Source: Candidatus Hydrothermarchaeota archaeon
GTDB taxonomy: Archaea > CAYFZR01
DNA length: 64,000 nucleotides
Reading direction: 5' to 3'
NCBI GenBank assembly: GCA_046760505.1
Contig: JBHIEG010000008.1
Location: 1-64,000 of the forward strand
Shown: positions 26,069-36,759 of the stretch, piece after piece
Numbering within the stretch: position 1 is the first letter of the stretch
Layout: every line of letters starts with the position of its first letter
The notes under the pieces: generated by a model
Database searches by the model: none
Seen by the model: the letters and a program-made list of their open reading frames with translations, nothing else
Told to the model about the DNA's origin: nothing
Program-made: the position numbers and the translations under genes

Positions 26069-27163
26069 TTACTTAAGCTGATTTAGTCTTTTAATTGCTT
26101 GGATGCTCTCTTTGTCTCCCAATTTACTTTGGACTACGGCTTCCTCTAAAATTTTAATAGCCTTATCATAATCTTCTCTATTAACAGGGAAAGGGACGCC
26201 ATCTTTTCCTCCAAAGGCAAAGCAATACTTCACAGGATCCTTCCAGCTTGGTCTTTCACCGAATATTATCTCTGAAACCAGCGCCAAGCCTCTTATAGTG
26301 GTTGGTCCCACTCCCCTTATTGCGAGAAGATTTTCAAAATTTTCAGGTTGTAATTCATAAATTCTTTCTATCGCGCTCCAATTCATCCTTTCCGGTACCC
26401 TATAAATAGCATTGCTTGCTTCTGCGGTCTTAAAATTTAGAAGAGTTTTTTGGCCTTTTTTCAGAGATTCAAACAATTTTTTTGTGTAAATCGGCTTTTC
26501 TTTGGATATGTCTGTAATGGTAGATCTACAGCCTCTACTTTCCTTTGAAGTTAAGTCCAGAACTCTATCATGAAGAACATCACCAACTATGCCTTCGTGG
26601 GGTTCTTCCACAAAATCTCTGACTTTCTCTGAGATCCAGTGGTATCTCCTAGCCTTTTTCATTTTTACATTTAAACCTTGCTGTATAACCGCCCATTTTC
26701 CTTTTTCGTTAAGGAACATTGAGTGATGATATAGAGGGTACCCTGCTTGTATCGCGGTGTTGTCCACCTTTGCACACATTTTACTTGAATACTTTAGCAT
26801 TTGAAGTGTTTTTTCTCCCAAAGAAAATTCATCTGCTATTTTTTCCAATTCTAAAGGACTTTTCCTTGATTGTTTACCCTTTCCACCAACTCCCTGAATT
26901 CCTAACTCTGTCTCGGTGAATACTGTTTTCAGTACTCCACAGAGTACGGTGGTTGTGCCTGAAGAATTCCAGTCAAATCCCAGAACATTAGATAGTGCCT
27001 GAAAGAAAAAAGGGTCTGCCAGCCTCAGTAAAATTTCATCTGTTCCATGCTCTTCCGCAATTACCGTCATGATTGATTTGCCTAGCTTAATCATTCTCTC
27101 TGTGAGCCAGTCGGGAGCCTTTCCTCCATGCAACTTGAGGTGGGCAATACCACTTCTTCTCAT
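26069..27163 (-). CDS. DUF763 domain protein
   Basis: LHGGKAP.WL..RM, GFDWNSSGTTT, KVDNTAIQ.GY.LYHH, GVGP HhH-like motif, GGKDGVPFPV. Confidence 0.9.
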   Translation of the reverse strand: MRRSGIAHLKLHGGKAPDWLTERMIKLGKSIMTVIAEEHGTDEILLRLADPFFFQALSNVLGFDWNSSGTTTVLCGVLKTVFTETELGIQGVGGKGKQSRKSPLELEKIADEFSLGEKTLQMLKYSSKMCAKVDNTAIQAGYPLYHHSMFLNEKGKWAVIQQGLNVKMKKARRYHWISEKVRDFVEEPHEGIVGDVLHDRVLDLTSKESRGCRSTITDISKEKPIYTKKLFESLKKGQKTLLNFKTAEASNAIYRVPERMNWSAIERIYELQPENFENLLAIRGVGPTTIRGLALVSEIIFGERPSWKDPVKYCFAFGGKDGVPFPVNREDYDKAIKILEEAVVQSKLGDKESIQAIKRLNQLK

Positions 27164-27213
27164 CTTATTCTAATTGTCTGTTTTTCTATTCGTATTGATC
27201 CGGTGTACAAAGA

Positions 27214-27498
27214 CTAATCATGTTTCTTTACGTATGTAATGGCACAGCCAGTTTCATCTGCAACTTTTATGATTCTATTGAATGCCTCTTCTTTATCTTT
27301 TCTTGTCAGACCTATAAGGTTAAAACTCATGAGTGAAGTCATTTTTTCTTTTGACCCTCTTCTTAGAGCAGGAATTTCAATTATTATATTCGTTAGATCA
27401 GCGTTTACACCTTTTAAGGCCTCTATGATCTTAAACAATACCTCCCTCTCGATTATGTGCCCTGCCATGCCAACCTCATCAATCGCTCTCTCAACCAT
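27214..27498 (-). CDS. Small hypothetical protein, possibly ACT-like (resembles the LOR/SDH N-terminal domain)
   Basis: GAGGTGA 4 nt before ATG 27498; EVGMAGHIIE..L.KII pattern. Confidence 0.55.
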   Translation of the reverse strand: MVERAIDEVGMAGHIIEREVLFKIIEALKGVNADLTNIIIEIPALRRGSKEKMTSLMSFNLIGLTRKDKEEAFNRIIKVADETGCAITYVKKHD

Positions 27499-27600
27499 AT
27501 TTTCACCTCTACAAAATTGTTTTCTCTCATACTTAACACTTGCCTGCATAAAGTTAAAATAAATGTTTACTCATATTGTTTGTGAGCAGGTGAACCTCAA

Positions 27601-28869
27601 TTGTCTACTCTTATGTGGGCTGAACTGATTCTTCTTACCGTACTTGTCCTGTTATCAGGATTTTTTTCTGGTTCAGAAACCGCCTTAATCTCATTGAATA
27701 AAATAAGGATTAAATATCTCGTTCAAAAAGGTGAAAAAAGAGCAAAAACTGTTGATGAATTACTTAAACAACCAAACAGGCTTCTTGCAACAATCCTAAT
27801 AGGAAATAATCTGGTAAACGTTGCTGCATCGGCTCTGGCAACCTCTCTAGCAATCCAGTACTTTGGAAACAAAGGCATTGGAATAGCAACCGGAGTTATG
27901 ACCTTGGTCTTGCTTATGTTTGGAGAAATCAGTCCGAAGGCTTTTGCTACCAAAAATGCTGAAAAAGTATCTTTTATCGTATCAAAACCTATTAAGACGC
28001 TTGAATATGTATTTTATCCAGTGATAGAGATTTTGACGAAATTTACCAATTTTATAGTAAGAATTCTTGGAGGAGAGGCAAAAGCATCTCCATTTATTAC
28101 AGAGGAAGAAATCAAAACAATGCTTTACGTGGGAGAAGAAGAGGGTGAAATCGAGCCAGAAGAAAGAGAGATGATCCATAAGATATTTGAATTCGGCGAA
28201 ACTACCGTTAAAGAGGTTTTGGTACCGAGAATGGACATGGTCTGCATAGAGGCAAACCGATCTTTAGAAGAAGCCGTGGACAAAGCCTTGGAACATGGAT
28301 TTTCAAGGTTACCAGTATATGAAGGCACGGTGGATAACATAGTAGGAATCGTTCACATAAAAGACCTCTTCACGCATATAAGGGAAAAACGACAGGTATC
28401 TCTAAAAGAGGTTATGAGACCAACCTACTATGTTCCTGAAACAAAAAAGGTCAGTGATCTCCTGAAAGATCTGCAAAGAAGCAGACAACATATGGCAATA
28501 TGCACAGACGAGTACGGTGGCACGGTAGGGCTGGTCACCATTGAGGATCTCTTAGAGGAGATAGTTGGAGAGATTACGGACGAACATGATCCTAGGATGG
28601 AATTGATTAAGAAAGTAAATGAGAGAACCTACATTGTTAATGGAGCCGTGCCTATTGATGACTTGAACAAATACTTGGGATCAAATTTCCCTGAGGAGAA
28701 TTCTGAAACCATTGGAGGATTCGTATTCCACTGTCTCGGGAAATTACCTAAACCAGGGGATTCCATTGAGTACGATGGATACGAAATATCTGTTCAAAAA
28801 ATAGAAAAAAGGAGAATCGTGCAGGTAAAAATTATCAAGCCTTTAACACCAAGCAACGAAGAAAATTAA
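27601..28869 (+). CDS. CNNM/CorB-type hemolysin-family membrane protein (DUF21 + CBS pair + CorC domain)
   Basis: [56 protein letters not shown]. Confidence 0.93.
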   Translation: MSTLMWAELILLTVLVLLSGFFSGSETALISLNKIRIKYLVQKGEKRAKTVDELLKQPNRLLATILIGNNLVNVAASALATSLAIQYFGNKGIGIATGVMTLVLLMFGEISPKAFATKNAEKVSFIVSKPIKTLEYVFYPVIEILTKFTNFIVRILGGEAKASPFITEEEIKTMLYVGEEEGEIEPEEREMIHKIFEFGETTVKEVLVPRMDMVCIEANRSLEEAVDKALEHGFSRLPVYEGTVDNIVGIVHIKDLFTHIREKRQVSLKEVMRPTYYVPETKKVSDLLKDLQRSRQHMAICTDEYGGTVGLVTIEDLLEEIVGEITDEHDPRMELIKKVNERTYIVNGAVPIDDLNKYLGSNFPEENSETIGGFVFHCLGKLPKPGDSIEYDGYEISVQKIEKRRIVQVKIIKPLTPSNEEN

Positions 28870-28934
28870 CCTTAGAATAAAATTCTTCGGCATTCTTTCA
28901 TTCAAAAGCCCAAATTTATCTGGAATAAATATAT

Positions 28935-29345
28935 ATGAACAAATGCCACAGTTTATGCATGTCAATATTCAAAAAGATGACCCGTATCCTGAAGAAGGAG
29001 ATAAATTTTCTCTACGTCATTGACTCTCCTGCATGTGTAGAATATTTTAACGATGTATATGATATGTTGGAAAAAAACGATCGTCTTCATGTTCTCGCTT
29101 TGCACAATCCTAGAGATCTAGAGTCAAAAAGCCTTTTCGAAATGCTTAGATCGCTTTCCATTGATCTGCCTAAGGTTAAAAGCTTCAGGATCGTGGAGTG
29201 CAACATATCATTAGCAAGAGTTTATGCCAACGAAATCAAGAAACAATGTAAAAATGAAGATATCAACGTGATAATAATCCCGAAAAAGAGACCTCAAGTT
29301 TATGAAAGGGTCTCCTCCCTCAATATTCCAATCATTACGGTATGA
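28935..29345 (+). CDS. Hypothetical protein, weakly universal-stress-protein-like
   Basis: Fills the gap between genes; beta/alpha pattern ending INVIII...LNIPIITV; start uncertain. Confidence 0.5.
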   Translation: MNKCHSLCMSIFKKMTRILKKEINFLYVIDSPACVEYFNDVYDMLEKNDRLHVLALHNPRDLESKSLFEMLRSLSIDLPKVKSFRIVECNISLARVYANEIKKQCKNEDINVIIIPKKRPQVYERVSSLNIPIITV

Positions 29346-29358
29346 TCTACTTAATGGT

Positions 29359-30627
29359 CTATGCCCTAAAGTACTCTTTCACTATTTTAATGGCACAGTA
29401 TTCTCCACACATTGTGCAAACATCTCGATCATATGGTTCTCTCTGGCTCCTATATTCCCTTGCTTTATAGGGATCTATGGCTACGCTGAACTGTCCTTCC
29501 CAATCCAAATCCATTCTTGCCTTTGCCATCCTTTGATCCAAGTCTCTACCGATCCCCTTTACAATATCTCCAGCGTGGGCCGCAATTTTAGCTGCTATAA
29601 CCCCTTCTTTAACATCTTGTTTGCTCGGAAGGCCTAAATGCTCTGAAGGAGTTACGTAACACAAGAAATCTGCTCCCGATGCCGCTGCAATCGCTCCACC
29701 GATTGCGGAAGTTATATGATCATAACCAGGCGCTATGTCCGTCACGATAGGTCCAAGTACGTAGAATGGGGCGCCTCTACAGATTGATTTTTGAAGTTTT
29801 ACGTGTCCTTCAATCTCATTTAAAGGCATGTGTCCGGGACCCTCTACAATTGTTTGAACACCATACTCCCTTGCTCTCTGGACGAGTTCTCCAAGTATTA
29901 TGAGTTCCTGTATCTGCGGTCTATCCGAAGAATCCGCCAAGCATCCGGGTCTTAAACCATCGCCTAGACTTAACGTTAGGTCGTACTCTTTGGAAATTTC
30001 AAGGAGATAATCATAATTTTTGTACAGGGGATTTTCCTCCTGATTGTGTATTATGTAGGCTGCGAGAAAACTTCCACCCCTGCTCACAATATTGGTTGTC
30101 CTCTTCTGTTTTATAAGTCTCTCCACGGTTTCTTTGGTAACACCGCAATGGACCGTTATGAAGTCTACTCCATCTTTAGCATGCTTCTCTATGGTAGAGA
30201 AGATTGTATCCTCGTCCATATGGATTATTGCTCCTTTTTTCTTTAAGGCGGTAATACCGGCCTGATATATCGGTACAGTTCCCAGAGGAACGTTTAGTCC
30301 AAGCATTTTCTTCCTTATTTTGTCAATGTCCCCTCCAGTGCTAAGATCCATGATTGTGTCAGAGCCATATTCTATTGCTATTCTTGCTTTTTCTATCTCT
30401 AAATCAATATCTTTAAAATCAGGAGAGGTTCCCAGGTTTGCGTTAATCTTAGTTCTTAATCCATGACCTATCCCTATACTCGGAATCTCTCTCGCCACAT
30501 TCTTTGGTATTACCACTTTTCCCTCGTGAACTAATTTAGCAAGTTTCTCAGGGTCTACGCCTTCCTTTTGAGCGACTTCAAAGACCTCCAGAGGTATTTC
30601 GTGTCCTGCTTCTTTCATAATAGTCAA
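29359..30627 (-). CDS. thiC: Phosphomethylpyrimidine synthase
   Basis: KINANLGTS, MDLSTGG, GTVPIYQ, SRGGS, EGPGH, CTMCGEYC; TTG start after GGTGA. Confidence 0.96.
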   Translation of the reverse strand: MTIMKEAGHEIPLEVFEVAQKEGVDPEKLAKLVHEGKVVIPKNVAREIPSIGIGHGLRTKINANLGTSPDFKDIDLEIEKARIAIEYGSDTIMDLSTGGDIDKIRKKMLGLNVPLGTVPIYQAGITALKKKGAIIHMDEDTIFSTIEKHAKDGVDFITVHCGVTKETVERLIKQKRTTNIVSRGGSFLAAYIIHNQEENPLYKNYDYLLEISKEYDLTLSLGDGLRPGCLADSSDRPQIQELIILGELVQRAREYGVQTIVEGPGHMPLNEIEGHVKLQKSICRGAPFYVLGPIVTDIAPGYDHITSAIGGAIAAASGADFLCYVTPSEHLGLPSKQDVKEGVIAAKIAAHAGDIVKGIGRDLDQRMAKARMDLDWEGQFSVAIDPYKAREYRSQREPYDRDVCTMCGEYCAIKIVKEYFRA

Positions 30628-30638
30628 AAATATCACCT

Positions 30639-31133
30639 TTAAACCATTTTCTTTTGTAGGCTGTTAAGTCTCTCCTCGATTGTTTGCCAGTGCCTACCTT
30701 CCCAATAAACCTTTCCGCAGTTCTCGCATATCCAGAATTCATCGTACTTTCTGATAAGTTTAGTGGTAATTACTCCCTCTTTTACTAGCATCTTCAGTTC
30801 TTTTGGATCGGCACTCCTGATCTCAGAATTGCAGACGCTACATCTAACAATGTTTACCTCAAGGTCCAAGTTATATGTCCTGACAACTTCTTCGAGCTGA
30901 TCCATTACTTTGTCCGAATTTATCAGGAGGGCATCCACATTCTCTTTTCTGGCCTTTTCCACAAGGTCCTTGTCTCTGGAAAGTAATACCCTGCTCTCTT
31001 CCTTGGCAAGGATCACCATGAATTCGTCCTCTGCCTCCTGAAAGTCAAAGTCGTTTACGCTGAGCGTATCATGACCCAAAAGTCTCAGCCAACTAGTCAA
31101 TTTTCCTAGCATTCTGTCTACCAAGAATCTCAA
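30639..31133 (-). CDS. Mut7-C RNase (PIN + Zn ribbon) domain protein
   Basis: [39 protein letters not shown]. Confidence 0.9.
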   Translation of the reverse strand: MRFLVDRMLGKLTSWLRLLGHDTLSVNDFDFQEAEDEFMVILAKEESRVLLSRDKDLVEKARKENVDALLINSDKVMDQLEEVVRTYNLDLEVNIVRCSVCNSEIRSADPKELKMLVKEGVITTKLIRKYDEFWICENCGKVYWEGRHWQTIEERLNSLQKKMV

Positions 31134-32235
31134 TAACTGGACTCTCCCAAAATTTGTTTGGATGTATCAGACCACATCTTATCATGTGATCTACCAAGAC
31201 ACAAGCAAACATCGCTTCTCCAACCGGCACTATTCTAGGAGTTATGTTAGGATCATGTCTCCCTTCTACCTTTAATTTTGTGGGCTTCATACTTATAAGA
31301 TCCACGGTCTCTTGAATCTTTCCTATTGATGAGGTAGGTTTTACTGCAAATCTACATACTATAGGCATTCCGGTTGATATCCCTCCCAAGATGCCTCCGC
31401 AGTTATTTGATTTCATTTTTATCTTGCCTTCTTCAATTATAAAGGGATCGTTGAACTCTGATCCCAGCATTCTGCTTGCATCAAAACCTACTCCTATTTC
31501 AATACCTTTTACTGCGCCAATTGACATTATAGCCTTTGCTATATCTGCCTCCAGTTTATCGAAGACCGGTTCTCCCAAACCCGCTGGAACATTTAGAGCT
31601 ATTAACTCAACAATTCCCCCTGAACTGTCTCCTTGTTCATGGATCTCCTTTATCTTTCTTATCATCAGTTTTGATACATAAGGATCTCCGCAGAAGATTT
31701 CGTCTTCTCGGGACTTTCTGATCTGCTCTATGGACAGTTTCCCGACTCTTATCCCTGCTGCTTCTACCACATGTCCTAAAATTTCTATTCCAACAATATT
31801 GAGAATTTTTTTTGCAACTGCTCCGGCAGCAACTCTAGCAACTGTTTCCCTTCCGCTAGCCCTTCCACCCCCTCTGTAATCCAGATGCTCATATTTTAAC
31901 TTATAAGTAAGGTCAGCGTGACCAGGACGGGGTTTGTATTTAATGGGCTCATAGGGAGAGGAATCAACGTCTCTATTCCAGACCAACATTGATATTGGAG
32001 TGCCGATTGTTTTGCCTTCAAAAATTCCTGATAGGATCTCTATTTCATCTTTTTCCTCTCTTTTGGAGGTTATATCGTGCTTTCCAGGTCTCCTTCTATC
32101 AAGTTCCTCCTGGATGTCTTTTGGTTTTATTGGAACTCCAGCAGGGACACCATCTAATACCACGCCAACAGCTTTGCCATGGGATTCTCCCCAGGTGGTA
32201 ATCTTGAATATTTTTCCAAATGTATTTCCGCTCAT
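31093..32235 (-). CDS. aroC: Chorismate synthase
   Basis: [34 protein letters not shown]. Confidence 0.97.
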   Translation of the reverse strand: MSGNTFGKIFKITTWGESHGKAVGVVLDGVPAGVPIKPKDIQEELDRRRPGKHDITSKREEKDEIEILSGIFEGKTIGTPISMLVWNRDVDSSPYEPIKYKPRPGHADLTYKLKYEHLDYRGGGRASGRETVARVAAGAVAKKILNIVGIEILGHVVEAAGIRVGKLSIEQIRKSREDEIFCGDPYVSKLMIRKIKEIHEQGDSSGGIVELIALNVPAGLGEPVFDKLEADIAKAIMSIGAVKGIEIGVGFDASRMLGSEFNDPFIIEEGKIKMKSNNCGGILGGISTGMPIVCRFAVKPTSSIGKIQETVDLISMKPTKLKVEGRHDPNITPRIVPVGEAMFACVLVDHMIRCGLIHPNKFWESPVIEILGRQNARKID

Positions 32236-33503
32236 ATTATCTCGATTTCCATGCCTATATATCTCATAGATTCTACAAAACTTGGGAAAGACACATTAAT
32301 CGATTCCGCCGTGTCTATAACGGTATGACCTTCCGCAACCAAACCTGCTATTGCCAAAGCCATCACTACTCTATGGTCATTGTATCCGTGTAATTCTCTA
32401 CCCTTCAACCTCGAATTCCTTACTATAAGACCATCCGGTCTCTCCTTTATATTTGCACCCATTTTGGATAATTCATTGGCCATGGCACTTATTCTATCAC
32501 TCTCTTTGTATCTTACGTGTTCAGCATTGTATATGGTCGTGGCACCCTTGGCATGGGTCCCGAGTACTGCAAGCGTTGGAACCAAATCCGGTATATACTT
32601 TGCATCAACCGTTAACCCTTTTAAATCTTGCCCTCCGATGACCCGAAATCCAGTTTTAAAGGACTTTATACTAGCACCCATCTCTCTTAGAATTTCAACA
32701 ATTCTATAATCGCCCTGTACGGTGTTTTCAGATAGATTATCTATATAGACATCCGAGTCAATCATAGAGGATGCAGCGAATATATATGAAGAGGATGAAT
32801 AATCTCCCGGTATCCTGTATTTAACGGGTTTAATGGTTTGTTTCCTTATCTCAAACCTATTTTTTTTATATTCTATTTTCACACCCGCTTCTTTCAGTAT
32901 TTCTAAGGTAATCATGACATACGGTAGGGATTTCAATTCTGTAGTTAATTCAATTATGAGTCCATTTTCCAAGAGAGGTCCAAGGAGCAAGAGACCTGAT
33001 ATGAACTGCGAGCTAATATCCCCTCGTATCCTAACATAATTATTCTCAATTTTTCCTCCCTCAATCTTAAGGGGAGCGCATCCATCTCCCTTGAGCGAAG
33101 TGGCCTTGACTCCCAATTGATTTAGTGCATCCAATAATGGTTGATTCGGTCTCCTTCTCACCGATTCATCCCCTGTTAATCTTGCCTTTGTGAGACTCGA
33201 GATAGCGGTTATTAATCTGAGAGTGGTACCCGAATTTGATACATCTATAATCTTAGCTGGCTCTATCAAGTTTCCTCCAGTGCCCTCTATCACATATGTA
33301 TCATTTTCTTCATGAATTTTAGCACCGAGCAATTTGCACGCGTTTATTGTTGCCTTCGTGTCCTCTGAAATGAGAGGAGATTTTATTACCGATGTTCCTT
33401 CTGCTAGTAAGCCAACTATGAACGCTCTGTGAGTGTAACTCTTCGATGGTGGCGCCTCAACTTTTCCGCTCAAGTATTCTGCTGGCCAGCACCTCAATCT
33501 CAT
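32232..33503 (-). CDS. aroA: 3-phosphoshikimate 1-carboxyvinyltransferase
   Basis: [38 protein letters not shown]; start may be 33503-33512. Confidence 0.96.
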   Translation of the reverse strand: MRLRCWPAEYLSGKVEAPPSKSYTHRAFIVGLLAEGTSVIKSPLISEDTKATINACKLLGAKIHEENDTYVIEGTGGNLIEPAKIIDVSNSGTTLRLITAISSLTKARLTGDESVRRRPNQPLLDALNQLGVKATSLKGDGCAPLKIEGGKIENNYVRIRGDISSQFISGLLLLGPLLENGLIIELTTELKSLPYVMITLEILKEAGVKIEYKKNRFEIRKQTIKPVKYRIPGDYSSSSYIFAASSMIDSDVYIDNLSENTVQGDYRIVEILREMGASIKSFKTGFRVIGGQDLKGLTVDAKYIPDLVPTLAVLGTHAKGATTIYNAEHVRYKESDRISAMANELSKMGANIKERPDGLIVRNSRLKGRELHGYNDHRVVMALAIAGLVAEGHTVIDTAESINVSFPSFVESMRYIGMEIEII

Positions 33504-33537
33504 TTTCATCACTTTTTTGCATTAAAGAATATATCTA

Positions 33538-33562
33538 TACACTAGTGCATAAAGTTTATATA
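33538..33562 (+). promoter_or_regulatory. trpD promoter: near-palindrome TACACTAGTGCA followed by BRE/TATA (AAAGTTTATATA)
   Basis: Seen in the aroA/trpD divergent gap; a similar sequence precedes trpG (38034-38055). Confidence 0.5.
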
Positions 33563-33594
33563 TTCCAGCATTATTATGTCCAAAGGGTGGTTGA

Positions 33595-34644
33595 ATGTTT
33601 GATTCATACTTAAATAAGGTTATTTCGATGGTAAATCTTACACGGCAAGAATCTTATGAAGCAATGAAACATATACTTGATGGCTACATAAGTGATGTAA
33701 GAATAGCATCTTTTTTGACTGCCCTCAATATGAAAGAAGAGAGTGTCGATGAAATAGTTGGATTTGCATCATGTATGAGAGATCACGCAATTAGAATTAA
33801 CCCTAAAGTCGATTTACTTGTAGATACGTGCGGTACGGGTGGAGATAGGGTTAAAACAATTAATGTAAGTACAGCAGCAGCTGTAATACTATCTTCTTGC
33901 GGCGTCTCGGTCGCGAAGCATGGAAATAGAGCGGTAACAAGTAAGGCAGGAAGTGCCGATGTCCTAGAGGCTCTAGGCTTAAATTTAAATCAAGATTATG
34001 CTCAAATAGAGAAATCAATCGAAAAAATTGGAATAGGCTTTATGTTTGCTCCTCATTTTCATCCTTCAATGAAAAGGGTCGCAAGTATAAGAAAGGAACT
34101 GAGAATAAAAACCGTTTTTAACATCCTGGGACCGCTCACAAATCCTGCGAATGCAAACATACAACTGCTAGGTGTTTATTCTGAAGATTTAGTCCATAAA
34201 ATGGCCAACGTTCTTTCCTTTTTGGGATGTGAGAGGGGGCTGGTAGTTCATGGTACTTCCGGGCTAGATGAGATTTCCAATGTGGGAGAAACCGTTATCT
34301 GTGAAATAAACAACGGTAAACTCGATTCTTATAAGATTACGCCTGAGGAGTTTGGTATCAAAGAGGCAAGGTTATCCGATATAGTCGGTGGCAATTCTCT
34401 GGATAATGCAAAATTCATGGTCGATCTCCTCAGAGGATTGAAGAAGGATCCAAGAAAGGATATCATACTCATGAATGCTTCCGGAGCTTTATATGCGGCT
34501 AGAATTGCTAAGGATTTCAAAGAGGGGATTGAAATCGCGAACCAAGCGATTGAAGATGGCTCAGCATTAAAAAAATTAATGAAATTAATTGAGTTTTCCG
34601 GTGGAGATTTGAATAGATTAAAGATCTTTGGGGTGGATATTTGA
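33595..34644 (+). CDS. trpD: Anthranilate phosphoribosyltransferase
   Basis: DTCGTGGD, NVST, KHGNR, GSADVLEALG, FNILGPLTNP, GLDE. Confidence 0.97.
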   Translation: MFDSYLNKVISMVNLTRQESYEAMKHILDGYISDVRIASFLTALNMKEESVDEIVGFASCMRDHAIRINPKVDLLVDTCGTGGDRVKTINVSTAAAVILSSCGVSVAKHGNRAVTSKAGSADVLEALGLNLNQDYAQIEKSIEKIGIGFMFAPHFHPSMKRVASIRKELRIKTVFNILGPLTNPANANIQLLGVYSEDLVHKMANVLSFLGCERGLVVHGTSGLDEISNVGETVICEINNGKLDSYKITPEEFGIKEARLSDIVGGNSLDNAKFMVDLLRGLKKDPRKDIILMNASGALYAARIAKDFKEGIEIANQAIEDGSALKKLMKLIEFSGGDLNRLKIFGVDI

Positions 34645-35288
34645 TAGTCAAGATATGCGGAATAACAAACGAAGAGGACGCTGTTTTAGCAGAAGAACTT
34701 GGAGGCGATATAATAGGATTCATAGCGCACGCAAAATCTAAGAGATTAATCGATATCGAAAAAATAGGCGAGATAACAGATGTTCTATCCTCAAAAACTG
34801 CTTTGGTCATGGAAAACCCGAATGAAGAAATTCTGGACAAAGCAGCTAACATAAACGCTGATTTTATTCAGTTACATGGCAATGAAAGCCCTGAATTATG
34901 CCATAAGTTAAAAGAGATGGGATTTGAGACAATAAAAACCGTCCACGTTCCGGTCAAGGCAACCGATATTAACGGTATGTTGATATATTGTTCTCTGTAC
35001 GAATGTTCATTTTTACTGCTAGACACCAAAATTGGAAGAATTTCAGGCGGAACAGGAATTAGACACGACTGGAATCTAAGCAAAAAAATCATAGAAGAAG
35101 TCAAGAAGCCAGTTTTTCTCTCAGGAGGATTAAACCCTGAAAACGTAAAGAAAGCAATCCAAATAACAAAACCCTACGGAGTAGATGTTTCCAGTGGTGT
35201 CGAGTCTGAAATCGGAAGAAAAGACCCTAACCTGCTATATGAATTCATAAAAAACTCAAAGGAAGGTTTTTATGGAATTAAATCATAG
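34641..35288 (+). CDS. trpF: Phosphoribosylanthranilate isomerase
   Basis: VKICGIT, QLHGNE, GGTG, LSGGLNPENV, GVDVSSGVE. Confidence 0.97.
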   Translation: MIVKICGITNEEDAVLAEELGGDIIGFIAHAKSKRLIDIEKIGEITDVLSSKTALVMENPNEEILDKAANINADFIQLHGNESPELCHKLKEMGFETIKTVHVPVKATDINGMLIYCSLYECSFLLLDTKIGRISGGTGIRHDWNLSKKIIEEVKKPVFLSGGLNPENVKKAIQITKPYGVDVSSGVESEIGRKDPNLLYEFIKNSKEGFYGIKS

Positions 35289-36759
35289 ATCTTTAAGATA
35301 CAGATCATATGACACAGAAATATCTCCAGTAGACATGTACTTTGCTCTTGATTCAAATAAAAAAACCAACTATTCCTATCTCCTAGAATCGGTTGAAGGA
35401 GAGGAAAGACTGGCAAGATTTTCATTTTTTGGAATCGATCCATCATTCTTTCTGCGAATAGAAGAAAATAAATTATATATAGAACTCTACGATGATGAAT
35501 ACATAGATTTTCTGAACGAAGGGATGAAAAAAGTCTGTGATGATTATCAGCAGGAGGATAACAAATTTTTTGGAAAAATAAAGCAAGATTTCGATGTGCT
35601 TGATACCCTTAGATGTTTCAACCTACGTTTGAGTATAAAAAATCCATTTAATAGACAGTCTTTTTTGGGAGGATTGGTTGGATATGTTTCCTATGACATA
35701 GTAAGAAGATGGGTTGAGTTTAGATCGAGAAAATCCCCACAGCCAGATGCGGAATTCCTTTTCATGGATAATTCGTTCGTCTTCGATCATTCGAAGAGAA
35801 AACTATACTTCTTTACCTTGAAAGATAATTTTTCCGAAGTTGAAAAAATTTTGAAAGAGGCAAAGCCACTGAATAAAATAAAAATTCCTGAAAGATATGA
35901 GAGCAAACCCTACAAAGAAAACATGTCAAAATCGGAGTTTATAGAAACAGTAGAACGTGCAAAGGAGTATATTTACTCGGGCGATATATTTCAGGTTGTT
36001 CTGGCGAGAAAAATATGGATGAAAACAAAAGCAGACCCTTTTTTGGTTTATAGAGTGCTTAGGGAAATAAATCCTTCGCCCTACATGTACTTCATGAAAC
36101 TAAACGATCTATCGATCATAGGATCGAGTCCTGAAACCTTGGTCACCATGTATCAGAATAGAATTACCACGAATCCGATTGCTGGGACAAGACCAAGAGG
36201 GAAAAATGAAGAAGAAGATAGAAAAAACCAAGAGGAAATGTTAAATGACCCTAAAGAACTGGCAGAGCATGTTATGCTCGTGGATTTAGGAAGAAACGAT
36301 ATAGGAAAAGTTTCTAAGCCTGGAACAGTAAGATTAAAGGAATACATGAACGTCTCAAAGTACAGTCACGTTATGCACATCGTTTCTCTTGTTGAAGGAG
36401 AAATGAAGAATGATTCCGACATTTACCTTGGATTCAAGGCAGTTTTCCCAGCGGGCACCGTTTCTGGTGCTCCAAAAATCAGGGCGATGGAGATAATCGA
36501 CGAGTGTGAATATGAGAGAAGAGGGATATATGCCGGAGCATTGGGGTACTTCGCCTTCGATAACAGCGCTGATTTTGCCATAGTTATCAGAACAATAACG
36601 ATGGAAAAAAACGTTGCCAGTGTTTACGCTGGTGCAGGCATTGTAGCGGATTCTATTCCTGAGAACGAATGGTATGAAACTGAAAATAAGGCACTTGCTT
36701 TATTAAGATCTGTTGAAATAGCAGAGAGTTTAGAAAAAGAAAAATTAGTTGGACTTTAA
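35272..36759 (+). CDS. trpE: Anthranilate synthase component I
   Basis: [52 protein letters not shown]. Confidence 0.96.
   Translation: MELNHRSLRYRSYDTEISPVDMYFALDSNKKTNYSYLLESVEGEERLARFSFFGIDPSFFLRIEENKLYIELYDDEYIDFLNEGMKKVCDDYQQEDNKFFGKIKQDFDVLDTLRCFNLRLSIKNPFNRQSFLGGLVGYVSYDIVRRWVEFRSRKSPQPDAEFLFMDNSFVFDHSKRKLYFFTLKDNFSEVEKILKEAKPLNKIKIPERYESKPYKENMSKSEFIETVERAKEYIYSGDIFQVVLARKIWMKTKADPFLVYRVLREINPSPYMYFMKLNDLSIIGSSPETLVTMYQNRITTNPIAGTRPRGKNEEEDRKNQEEMLNDPKELAEHVMLVDLGRNDIGKVSKPGTVRLKEYMNVSKYSHVMHIVSLVEGEMKNDSDIYLGFKAVFPAGTVSGAPKIRAMEIIDECEYERRGIYAGALGYFAFDNSADFAIVIRTITMEKNVASVYAGAGIVADSIPENEWYETENKALALLRSVEIAESLEKEKLVGL

Noticed and set aside
30628-30700. TPP riboswitch upstream of thiC
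   Set aside because: thiC starts about 11 nt after the Mut7-C stop; no leader space and no THI-box motif seen.
33513-33594. trp attenuator / leader peptide
   Set aside because: The gap is only about 80 nt, occupied by promoter elements, with no Trp-rich mini-ORF or hairpins.
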